Origin: Phoronis australis
Taxonomy: Eukaryota; Animalia; Phoronida
Direction: 5' to 3'
Assembly: GCA_002633005.1 (NCBI GenBank)
Contig: NMRA01000001.1
Span: 1,583,755 to 1,647,754, forward strand
Length of the DNA: 64,000 nucleotides
The position numbers were made by a program, and so were the translations under genes. The notes beneath the pieces are model-generated. The model was not told the DNA's origin. It did not search any database and saw only the letters and a list, made by a program, of their open reading frames with translations. Every line of letters begins with the position of its first letter. Position 1 is the stretch's first letter. Below are positions 52,437 through 64,000 of this stretch, piece by piece.

Positions 52437-55400
52437 CGCAAGACCTGGGAAATAAAGTGTACGCATGAAGAGAACAATCTCACTGAAAGTTACTTGAACA
52501 GACAAACCAAGCTTTGGGGGTTTACAATGGAAATTCTAAAATTAGAGTATCTGACGGAATGCTGGGTTTAAAACCATAAGTCACCAAAAGTTATATCAAC
52601 TGTCAGATGCACAGCAAAACAATGCCACATCAGGAAGGCAAAAAGTGACATGACAAGCTGACTCAGGCTATTGATTTTGCATTCAATACATACAATACAA
52701 AATGTTTATAGTCATGAAGCTAAGTCGGTCAGTCAATATATGACACTTAAAGAAATGCATGTAGGATGAAAAATGTACCCAAAATACTCGAAAGTATTGA
52801 TGTCCAGAAATGATAAAGTATTGGTTTAAATTTCACCCCCTCTCCCATAAGAAGTACAAATGCTGAATATCACAGATAACATTACTTTCAACAAAACCGG
52901 CGCATGGGTACACAATTAGTAGCAAGACACCGCACGATTGACAACGTTCTTCGTTCACACACCATAAAGGCGTTCTCACTTAAGCCGGCAGGGTCCTTAT
53001 TTCCAAATACCTTGCTTTTCTAATGAGCTGTAATAATCCTTTCTCATGTGCTGCAACTCTATTCTTATGAATACAATACTTTTCTCATCTATCGAATATG
53101 TTCACACTGTACATACAGACAGATTTGATGCATCATACCACCCACGTGCAACAAAATATTCAACATGTGTATCTTGTCTCTTGTTTTTCAAATGTACTCC
53201 TGTTCTGGAGGAATTTAAGGGTCCCCACCTATCCCCATTGTGAGACTCCCCTCCAGTCATGATGCAGGATCTTTCCCTGTAAATCTGAGGGAATTTCATC
53301 TCAGTACTGTGGGATGGTTGTCAGTTCGTAAACATCCAGTGAGCTCATAGAGGACTATCTTAATGTGTGATCTGATTTATAATTTGCATTTTAGGTGGTG
53401 AGATTTAAGTTACCCATGATCGGATGTCATTTCCTCGAAATATACATGTAAAAGATTTGAGCAAATCTGTGTATTTATGCGATGCATTTTGAAACTGATT
53501 TTCAGTCTTTGAGAACTTTTGGTAACTTTGTCACGATCGCACCAGAAAGACTTGTTACAGTACACCAGTGTGTACTCAACGGCCCAGAATGCGTCAATTT
53601 TGGTGCACTTTCAAGCAAGACGAGTGCTATTTTCTATCATATTGATTCCACGTCATCCCTGATGGGGATCCTTCAAATACAATGTTCCTAGGTTCGAACA
53701 AGCTCTGTCATAAGGGGTTTTTCAGGAATGTTTTGCAAGCATGGCATAAGTACTAAAATGTGGGCAAGGTGCAATTTTTTCCTAAATTCAATACTGATAA
53801 ATAGTTACTTTTTAAGTAAATTTAAAAAGATGAAAAATTGTCAACTGAAGCATCGCTGTAGTTCTCCAAATTAATGAATGAAGGTGTTAAAATCACCAAT
53901 ACATAACTGAGTGAAAAGTGAAAGTCAGACCTGTCATTTTTTCCAACAGAATACCTGGGAGCTTTTTATGGATGTAAAACATTTCGGCAAATGAATGTTT
54001 CCAAAGGGGCGCTCACAGAAATCCTTAGTATGTGAAATAGAAGCCCGGTTTTATTAGACGAAAGAACCTCACAAAAACGCAAGATCACGCAATTCTTGCG
54101 AGATATCACTACGGGTCCTTTCAGGCATGTGATCTGACTGGTTTATTGCCGCGAATACCCTTAGCTTTAACCATGTAAAATCTTTCAGAAATAGATTGCA
54201 ACTGATGCTGTGATAGAATCCTGTTGACAAGCAAAACTGTAAAAATCTATCAAACATGTCAATTAACAGCTTAACAAAAGAGCACCATTTGAATTGTGAT
54301 TGAGATCTGATTGTTAAGTGTAAAAATACTTTTATCTTCCATGGTAAGAGTATTTGCTCACCTGATTATTTTTCAACTTCTGTTATCTTATCACTCAATG
54401 TAAACATAGAATGACAGCTACAACACCGTTTCAATACAAGATCCCGATATATATCAATTAGTTGAAGTGTCAGTATAAATGATTACACAGTAGGTGATGA
54501 AATTACCGCCAATGAAAATCAATTTTTACTTCCACTCGCACGCATTATTTGACTCACAAGGATGTGCAGATTTTTAACATGGAAGGAGCCAGAGGTCTGC
54601 ATATATATACAAACAACAATCATTGCCATGAATTTTAACCTAAATTGTTTTGCAAAAGCTGCTTTCAACCGAATAACCACTCCTCAATGTTTTTTTTTAT
54701 TATTAAAGTGGAACTTGCACGCTAATTCCTCATCTCTGTGATTGCTTGGTCAAATTAGAAACACAATATATAGCGACGATTTGAATATGAAGTAGGTTGA
54801 AAATAGACAAATGTTTTTAAAAGCGAGTTTTGTGTCGAAAATGATCTGCCGTAAATCACTCAACCGTGTCCAGTAAAATATCTTGATGTGGTGTTGGAGA
54901 ATTAAACACTGCATGATGCGGGTTAAGTGAACCCCAAGGCACAACATTAGTGCAGAATTTTTTGTTTTCACATTTACAAGTTGTCAATGAACACAACTGC
55001 ACTTTGTTTAGCTTAGATGATTTTCCAATACCATTGTCGTTTAGTTCCTGCTATACATTAAGTAGTTAGGAGCATGCTATTACATCTTTAAATCATGCCT
55101 TAACAAGTAGCAAAGAAACCAAGATATCAGAATTTTGATAACCAAATGTGGCAAATTGGTTCACAGTACAATCTCACCAATTTTGGGTAACTGAAAATTT
55201 ATCTTCCATATTTTTTATAAATGACAAGTAGCATCAACTCAATACTTTACCATGTTCAAGTTCTGTACCATAGCTAGCATCAAAAAATGTTTGGAAAATT
55301 GTAGGCATTCAAAACAATGTTAGAATACCGTAAACAACAAAAAAGGTGAATTTCCACATCAATTTCCACCTGAAATTGATTTAGCGTACAACCACATCCA

Positions 55401-57656
55401 TTTGTATGAAACTCCACTATGAATTGCAAACTTAAGGAATTTCAGTGTTTACAAGTGACCAATGTTAGTGTGCCAAAGCCTTCCTGAAATCCAAGTGTTC
55501 AAACACATGTAAATATATATGTTTAACGTTGTCTTGCCCTGGGACAGCGAAAAATAAATTATTTTGCTCAAGGTCAGAAGCTTTTACCAATTTTAGGCAT
55601 AAGCAAAAATTAAAAAAATACAACAAGAAAGACAAATTTTGAAGTGGCAATATTTTTGATAATTTTATCTGAGACTGTTCATGCAAAAGCTAGCATCCAA
55701 TATTTGAAAATTTGATCAATGCCAAAATTACCCATGTCCCAATTTTCAGAATCAAGAAATTCAATTTTGGCTTGAATTGAAGAGTCTGAAATTTTAGAGA
55801 CCGTCGCAAACTGGAGAATTTTTATAGTAGATATATTTAGTAAACCTCCTTGATCACTGCCTTAAAACATCACACAATCATTTAATACAAGTGACCACTA
55901 TTTTTGTTCAAAATAAAGAAATTGTAAAACACAGATTAAACTACAAGCCACTTAGTGTTTCAAGAACACTGAGAACCACTTCTCCAAGAAATTTTAATTC
56001 AGTGTCAAACAACATAAACAAACCAGACATGAAAGCAGCGAAATCCCAAGTCTTCCTAATTGGCGGCTGATATCTCTAATGGGCAAAGGAAAATAAAAAA
56101 TCTGCAACATCGCAGTTCTCTCGACTATAGACCATGAATAAACCGTGCGCAGAAAATCGCAAGCAAATTGACCCAGATACTAAAAAATGATTTTTAAAAC
56201 ACCTAAAGGTGTTGACAATAAAGAAGCTTGAAACCAGCCAATTATGATTTGTAATGTGTGGTAATTGACATCAATTGATCAGAAGTTGTCCCAGACAACC
56301 AATATAAATTATCTCTTTACAGAAACCTAATGGGTAGAAATGAAAAAAAGATATATAATTGTGAACAATATGTGAATAGCACATTTTTTGAAAAAGAAAT
56401 TCCTAGAAGGTTGACAATAGGCACTTCTCAGTGAGTGAATCAAGCGCTGCCAACTGCCTGCGTATGAGTTGAATGAAATGCAGCCTACAAGTTGCCAATG
56501 CGATCCACTTAACAGTAATTAAGTTACTCAATCAGGTGTTTTAATATGAAAGTAGTTTATCCCATCATTGATGAAACGTTGTTTTGAGCATATGACTAAC
56601 ACAGCACTCTTTCAAGTCACCCCCTTCAAATCATACTTTCAACAGCATGAGACATCCGATGTCATGAATGAATGAATGACTGGTAAGTGGTGAATATACG
56701 CAGTTAAAGAGGTGCGTATTACTAAGATTAATGTTAGAGTTTCGCGTTGACATTTTCTGAAATGTAAAAGTAATCGTGTTCGAATTGAAGAGTAACCAGG
56801 TAAGAAATTCCCACCTTGTGCAAAAACGTAAGGGACAAGGTATTATTTTTCCACATAATTTTGGGTGTGCGAAATGATGTGTGTGAGAGAATTGCCACAC
56901 ATCAAAGCTTTTCCGTCACAGCATCAATAAAGTCAATCATATGCGCAGTGTTCAGACCAAATATTAACACAAGTAAAGCAGTGTGTATCATAAGGATTAA
57001 TGTATAGGGCTTTCTAGTTTGGTGCAAAACCGACCGCGGGAAATTAGACTAGGCAAGAAACCACCACCAGGAAGTCTTGTGAAAAATAAGCAAGGTGCAA
57101 AATATTATTTTTCTAAACAAATATCTTGAGGTGTGTGAAATGAAGTGAGTGTGCAATGAGTGGAGAATATTACCATTACATCAAAATTGTATTGTCGTTG
57201 GTCATCGTACAAATTAAGCTTCACTGTTGCATATATAGCTAGCATAAAAATTGAAAAGCCAAGTGCAGCCTGATAGTTCTTCACTTGCCCCACTCAACTC
57301 AGGAGACTAAGAGTCATATTGTTAGCAGCCCTACCTTCCAAACGCTAGGTCAGTCATGAATGGGGGAGGGGTTTGTTATCACCACAAATTAAAAGGATAC
57401 ATTTCGGTGTACTGAGGAATGATTGACCTTTAAGCTTAGTCTGGATTGAAATGAGGCAGTTGTAAAATGATTTGATTTGGTTGCAGGCCTACTTGATTCA
57501 CGCGGACCCTGATTTTACCATTTAAGAACCAGACAGTGAAGAACGACCCGGGAAACGAAACAGTTTTGAAAACCACGGACCCGGCGCTACGCATTTCAAG
57601 GAAAGCTTGAATGTGTTCTTTAGGAGCCTGTGCCGGGCTTTCAGGAAGGGACACGC

Positions 57657-57818
57657 GTGTATACACTGGTGGTGTATACACTGGTGGTGTATACACTGGT
57701 GGTGTATACACTGGTGGTGTATACACTGGTGGTGTATACACTGGTGGTGTATACACTGGTGGTGTATACACTGGTGGTGTATACACTGGTGGTGTATACA
57801 CTGGTGGTGTATACACTG
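57657..57818. repeat. Perfect 15-bp minisatellite (GTGTATACACTGGTG) x10.8
   Basis: Directly visible; each unit holds the palindrome GTGTATACAC. Confidence 0.97.
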
Positions 57819-58015
57819 CGCGGATGGAAAATGTAAACATTCACTAAACTCGAATCCATGCCAAGGCTTCTTTCCTGCTCAACACGCAACCAGTCGCAAG
57901 TTCTGTCAAGACGTCAAATTAAAACAGTAACTGTCTGGTCAACACAATTCCCTTAGTTTCGAGAAAACAACACCGATACTGAAATGTTCATCGCCTATTA
58001 TTAACTCTAACTTAC

Positions 58016-58130
58016 CTGAACAAAAGTATTCGGAAGAACCTCGCTCATCGCATATTCAGTAAAAATCTGACGAAGTTTTGTTGAAGTTTGTTTGACAGCG
58101 AGACAACAGCGCACCTGTCGCCATATCTAA
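58016..58130 (-). other. Putative first (5'UTR) exon of the large minus-strand gene
   Basis: Strong donor CAG|GTAAGT at 58016/58015; ATATGGCG (YY1-like) motif near 58124; CpG-richer surroundings. In-frame TGA upstream with no in-frame ATG, so non-coding for the main ORF. TSS approximate. Confidence 0.65.
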
Positions 58131-59929
58131 ATATAGTCTCTAACCCAATCTCCTGATCTGGTCCCTTAGCAACAATGAAGCGCTGCTGTTTCAACAGTGT
58201 TCCAGCCAGCGTTGTCATCAGGACACTTTGTATTATCGAACATTAGAAGTGATCAGATTACAGAAACTCGTTACGTGTTTCCGGCTTACATAATATATTA
58301 TGTTTTCTTATGACACAGAGTTATCACTTATCCCGCAGCACTAGGCTTTTGTTCTTCATATAATATAGGAGTGGGCCTGGCCATGAGAGACATACGGGTG
58401 CCGTGTCACGATTGAATTGTTTTGACGGAGTAGCGGAGTAGGCCTATGTCTACCAACCAGGGGTAGCCTACTTTGCGGCTTTTGCTTGCAGTCAATATAG
58501 ATTTTTATAACTGAAGTGTATGAGCAGCGAAAAGATTCAAATAGACAACACTGCCAAATAAACAAGTTAATTTTCAAACAGACAGATTATTTAGTGGTTC
58601 AGTTTTGGCAAACAGACAGGTTATTTGGTTAAATTTTGTCTCTACGCGGCATATGTGCGTGAATCTTTGGTAAAACGATCGTGAAAATACATCAAGGTGC
58701 ACTTTTTGAGAAGCAAAGCGTCTGGTGATATTATTAGCGTATGATCTGGCCACCTTAGGTAGGTAAGTGACGCTGAATGACACCTGGCACTTGCCGGCCC
58801 CTATGACGCGAAAATAAAATATATCGTGCTTGTATCGCCCCCCCCCCCCCCCCCCNNNCCCCCCCCCCCCCTCCTCTCGGAGCTTTGCACATTCTAATGA
58901 GTCATCACGCGAGATTTGGTTCCGTTTCAGTCCTAAAATCGTAGAATAATTCTTCTGTGCTCAGCTGTAAGAAGACCTACAATTTTTGAAACGGTGCGTT
59001 GTAAGACAGAGACGTTGGCGTTTCCGTATGTCAACAAAAGTGTTTTGAGCAGCGTGTACAAATTTGTTCATTTCGCTTTTCTACACTGACGAATATGGCC
59101 AACACGGTGTTTTAAAATAGTTCAATTTTGAGGGCATTTTCAAAAGTTAATGTTCGGTTGATGCATTCAGCGAGTCGGTGCTAACGTCGTACATCATATG
59201 TTCGCGAGGGCAGAAAACGTATCTGCGTAAAGAAAGAGTTGCGTTTTCAAAACTTTTAAAGCATGACCTCAAGGACTACCTGAGAAAGAAAATAAACCGA
59301 ATACAAAACAGGAATTTGTCCAAGGAATATATAACTCTTGCAAAAAATAAAACAGTAAGAGCGTAGGGAAATAAATGTTGAGTTTATTAATTAAACCCCG
59401 GTAATTAAAAGTATACGGATGAAAAAAGATTTAAATGTGTGCAGTTTTAGTGTTGGGGGGGCTCAAATCCAATTTCAAGTGTCAAATTCGGAACACGGCG
59501 CATTCGCAACGGAACTATGGCGAAGTATAGGCTCTCCCGCGATATCCCAAGCGACCGGCAGTGGCGCTGCGCACTACGACTCAGTTTCCGTCGTCTGCTC
59601 CACTGTGCAATGAAGAAAATTTACTTCATTTTTTAAAGAAAATGGAACCTGAGTGACGATGAAAAAACAGAAGCTGCTGGTAAGATGGGAATTTTAATAG
59701 AAGCCTTAGTGAATCACTCAGAAACTCGCAATACTCTCTTTGTCAAACCTTATGTTAAGACGATTTCCAAAGCAATCCCCGGTCATTATTGCCAACACGT
59801 CTCTGACTGAGTAAGTGATTAGTGGCTCTTTGCGCAAGGTCGTGAGTTCGAGTCTTTGGTACTTGTAATTTTTCCTGTTTGACGCGTTCTTCGTGTTTTT
59901 TTTTTTTGCCTTTTTTCTTGGTTAATACT

Positions 59930-60076
59930 TCAGAAATCAAGGAAAATAGTTGATTTTTAGAGGTCAAAACAGAAAAATTTCCTGGGCGGGAGGGGGGTTT
60001 GCCCCCTCCCGACCTCCCCCCATTTGGTGCTATGCGCATCTACAANCCCCCTTGTGATATCCTAGATCCGCCACTG
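59930..60076. mobile_element. Right end of a hAT-like MITE
   Basis: Ends in CCTAGATCCGCCACTG; GC-rich internal motif shared with 20135-20180. Confidence 0.5.
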
Positions 60077-61169
60077 TCTTGGAAAACTGTTACCTCGAAG
60101 AAATGTGCAAAATACGTACGGCATTTACGGAAGGTTGTACCAGAAGTGATTCGTTGCGGTGGAGCCGCCACGGGATAGTAAAAACACTGCGCTGTACACT
60201 AGTTAGCTGAATGGAAAGCTAAAGCGGAAACATCTAGAACACACGTTTTCTATTCCGGAATTGAAATCTATGTAGGGTCAAAAACAATTGGCAACCAGGA
60301 TTTATCGCGTTAGAAAAATTATCACGCTAGGAGAAAATTGTTTTCATGTCCGGAGACTACGTGACCACCCATTATGCAATGACAATCCAGTGTGTACCCA
60401 TACATTGGCATCTATTGTAAAACGTAGATTAGACGAAAGAAATTCAACCGCATTTCCACGATAATGTGTCTGTCGTCGGCGAGACGTTGAACGCTTCGCC
60501 CTTGTAAAGACGTTGAGGATCAATGCTTGGGGATGGTGACGTGGTGTCCTGGCGTGAAAAGTTACTGACATGGCAAGATTTTGGACCTGACTTATTAAAT
60601 TTTCAGTTCGGTCTTGTTTAATTTTGATCCTGAAGTGAAGCCATGATTTTTGGTCCTCACGTGATAAATTATAGGTGCTGATGTGATTAATTTTAAGTCT
60701 TGACGTGGGGAATTTTGGTCTTGATTTGTTTTTGGTCTTCTGTTTGAAAACAATCCCAATGTATTGGATTGTTTTAATTCTTGATTAAGTAAAAGTTCTG
60801 GTTTTGAGATACTTATTTTTGGTTCTGGAGAGTTAACATGGTTTGCTTGGTTTTAATCTTGCATAGAAAATATATGTTCGTTAAATGTTTCCACTTTGGC
60901 CTTCCGTCAACGTGGGAAAGCAGGTTGTGTAGCATCGTACTATGTAACTTCTTATATAAATCCAGGTATTTGTGATTTAGTAATACTATGAAAAATGAGT
61001 AGTTGTGACTATGAAAAATGAGTAGTTGTGGCTTCTTTTGAAATATTGTATCCTTTGTAGATGCCTGGTGTAGATGGCTCAGTGTGATATTATGTATTCC
61101 TTATTATCCTCTATGGCTCAAAAACTATGTATCTGCATTTATGCTTGTAATAGAGGTACTCCCACGATC

Positions 61170-61468
61170 ATCAAGCATTTGTATGAAAAAATTCTGGAAG
61201 TGGGGCGTGTCACGAATGTACTCCTTTCAAAATGACGACACACATTTTGATTGTTACAAAAGGCAGAGAATTACGCAAAAAAATGACGTCGGATGTTTTT
61301 CGCTTCAACGGTCGTAACGGGCAAGGTGAAAGTAAATTGACTTCCAGATTTTGCATGCACACCCGCCGGTCTTTAGGTCATGTTGATACAAGCTTCACCA
61401 CGAGGTGACGGGCGTAACTATCCGGGCTGTGTTCAATTTTGAGGTCTATCGGAGCTCAATACACAGTG
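61170..61468 (+). repeat. Dispersed repeat homologous to the interior (about 22520-22770) of the CAC..GTG element
   Basis: Shared GCAAGGTGA..AGATTTTGCATGC..CATGTTGAT..ACGAGGTGACG..AACTA.CCGGGCTGTG..CGGAGCTCAATA. Confidence 0.75.
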
Positions 61469-64000
61469 GGACCTTGCTGGCTAGATAGGAAGGCTTTAGC
61501 TTCGAAACAATTTTTTACTCCGAAAGTGACAACAAATTCAGAATGATGGTGGATCATGGATGACACTATAACCGATCACATTCTTCCGTTTTCATGCGCC
61601 CATTATCTTAATATCGGCGCTATGTTCAAACCATTGTTTACGTTGTTCCTAAAATAAACTTTTGTTCTATTGCTGTACCAGGACGCCATCTATCATTTAG
61701 ACGAAGCACGCAAGCCAGCTCGCTGGTATCACGCAGTGAGCACTGACGCGCTTTAGCACTGGTTGATGTAACCTCGGAAGTCATTAGCTTTACAACAACA
61801 TGAAAAAATGGCAGACTATGAATAATTTTTAGCCTTGTCATGCAAGTGGCGTAGCAGCAACTATTTCGTTTCTGCAGTAATGTTTAATAGGCGCGTGCTT
61901 GAAGCAGATACAGGTACAATAAACACATATCTGGCCGATTTAACCGGTGTGTTATTCAAACTGTATCAATACATGACAGTAGTCATCGACAGCAGAAAGA
62001 TGCACTCCGAAAAGGCACAACCACAATTTCTGGGATTCACATTTCCTGAACATAAATTTTAAGCACCGATTTGTCTGTACAACAGACCACAGTTACAATT
62101 TCTCCTTCAGTCATGCCAGTTTGTTTGCGTAAAGCGCTGCCTGTTGAGAATTCGACCAGCCAATCAAAAACGCCGGCGTAAAAAATTTCCCGAGGGAAAT
62201 TAAGTGATACCTGCGTGCTGGCTACCACCTAGCGGCACGCATAAAACAAGTGAGGCATGTCAGTCGCAATTTATGAACATATTTTTGTGTGGCTTTGAGA
62301 GAAAGGTAATTAGTAGTGATGTCTGCTTTATAACTAAAATACAAGCTTTTAACGTCGTTTTTGCAAGCTGATTACCCATTTCAAGAGGCCTCCTATTGGT
62401 GGTTGGGGCAAATGAGAACAGGCAAATAGGACGAAATGCAATTCGTGTAATGCTTCGCACCAAAAACTACGGGAGAAGCAAGATACTTTATTTGAGATTA
62501 TGATGAGGTTAGGAATGTCTAAACAAATTTCTTCTAGGTCCGATTTGACACACAAAGTGTTTCTCCGTTCAGTACAGTAATATTAATAGGATGTTCATGT
62601 ATAATACAATGATACATGACCCTAGTAGGAACTATGCACTCTGCTACGACCATATCTTCTCAAGGCAAAGCGTTTTAGCGGCCAATGTTTTGACATTTTT
62701 GTTTTCACACTTCCTATAACCATTAAAAGATGGTGCCCATGGGATAATTTAGTTGCTTCAAAATTATATTTTTAGAGATTGGTTTCAGCAATCGAGCCCA
62801 AAGTTTTGTATAGAGTAGGCCGGGTAGAGAAACACTCAAAGCCTGGTTCCTCGGTCGCCACCACCTTCGTCCCCAGGTTGCCACAAACTTCACAATTCCT
62901 CCCCCATCGTCACTACCTTCGTCCCACCATGTTTCGCAACTAGCGCTGCAAATTATTGGGGGCTGTTGTCACCAACCCATACCGGTACGCCTCTAACGTA
63001 CCTGGCAGTATATAAGATGGTCCATTTTGTGCGACATTTGTCCGATAGATTTGGCGCAACTATGTACACGGGAAATCACACAACAATCAGATACAGTTTC
63101 AGAAGTTATTGTTGGCCTGACAAACTTTTAATGATATTCCAAACCTGAGAAAGGTACAAAAATTTGAATTCGTAGGCGTTTCACCTGAATTTCAGGTGGA
63201 GCGTGCAAACAAAATACTACTCGATGCTATCGATCAAAGCCATTTAATAAAAATGTATTGAGCTGCTTGCTGCATGACATGTTGTGTAAAACTTTTTTGT
63301 AGGTCGAACCAAGCCTGAATATCTTGTTACGGTACTTCAAGTGCAGTTTAAAAATGACACAGCCTTTGCTAATACACGTACGGCCTTGCATTGTTATACC
63401 TGAGTAGTTTTCTTTTTGTTAATGACTACCGTTTCCTGATGACCCAAGCCCAAATCCTGTCATGTGACGCTCCAGTCGCTAACCGAATAACTCGAGCTCA
63501 CGGGTTGATTCTTAGCTTGGAGTCATCAAAAAAGCATCGTAAATTTTTGGTGCATCGATGTCAGCCACAAATTTGAAATTTCATAGAACGCTCGGGGTAG
63601 GCTCTGGCAATAGCATCGCGTTGGGTGTGTATTTACCTGTGTATTTTTTCGCTTCCGTTAAGAATGAGAACCCAGTGTACCCTCCAACAGCAGATTGACA
63701 GTGACTTCAAACGACGTGGTAAGAATGTATTTGTTTGAAGGTATGGTGGTTAGCATCGATATCAAGTCATAACGCTCTGTACAATTGGAAAATTTATACC
63801 TTTACTGTGTTATAGGCCTATTTTATAGTTTTGTTGATAGTTGGCAGACTTTTCGATAAGGTCCTGCGTAACCTTAGTTACAAGCAGGAATGTATGGGGG
63901 TCCGGGTGTAACCTTTTGTACTCGGTATCAGACTCAAAATTATTTTAAATTTTTTTGTTTTACAAGTGTTTGAACAAGAATAGCCCGTTAAGTCTTTTAA

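Noticed and set aside
57436-57930. ORFs with VYTPP, CIHWW, VYTGG and similar repeats (extensin-like)
   Set aside because: Artefact of a stop-free perfect 15-bp repeat open in all frames; no synonymous variation.
59639-59679. Plus-strand exon-like segment (KWNLSDDEKTEAA|GTAAGA)
   Set aside because: Weak AAG acceptor and no partner exons found.
59800-59860. tRNA-like B box GGTCGTGAGTTCGAGTC
   Set aside because: No cloverleaf or acceptor stem could be folded; at most a decayed SINE head.
59601-61468. CACTGTG...CACAGTG as the two ends of one Transib element
   Set aside because: Only about 13 bp of imperfect TIR and no TSD (TGCTC versus GGACC).

Overview
AT-rich, intron-rich eukaryotic (animal) genomic DNA from a draft scaffold with N gaps at 7609-7891, 22405-22507, 58857-58858 and 60046. 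The repeat styles suggest a marine invertebrate, but this is unverified inference. None of the listed ORFs is a complete gene; most are noise. Reading splice signals by hand gives one large minus-strand multi-exon gene for a protein I do not recognise: a non-coding first exon near 58.0-58.1 kb, ATG at 52436, a phase-consistent coding exon chain to 39654 and, via a predicted 8-nt microexon, to 37483, with the 3' end unresolved. There is also a probable small minus-strand spliced transcript starting near 17.5 kb and an orphan plus-strand terminal coding exon at 11216-11306. The rest is intronic or intergenic and dense with non-autonomous DNA transposons and minisatellites. Highlights: (1) a complete Helentron/DINE-1-type element whose 448-bp higher-order repeat carries about 11 co-oriented CTCF-like motifs; (2) a CAC..GTG element with a 5-bp TSD (Transib/RAG-like signature); (3) a 55-bp minisatellite that reiterates an exon's 5' splice site; (4) a chain of stop/start-overlapping uORFs; (5) candidate 8-nt and 15-nt microexons. 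All calls were made by eye, with no database search.
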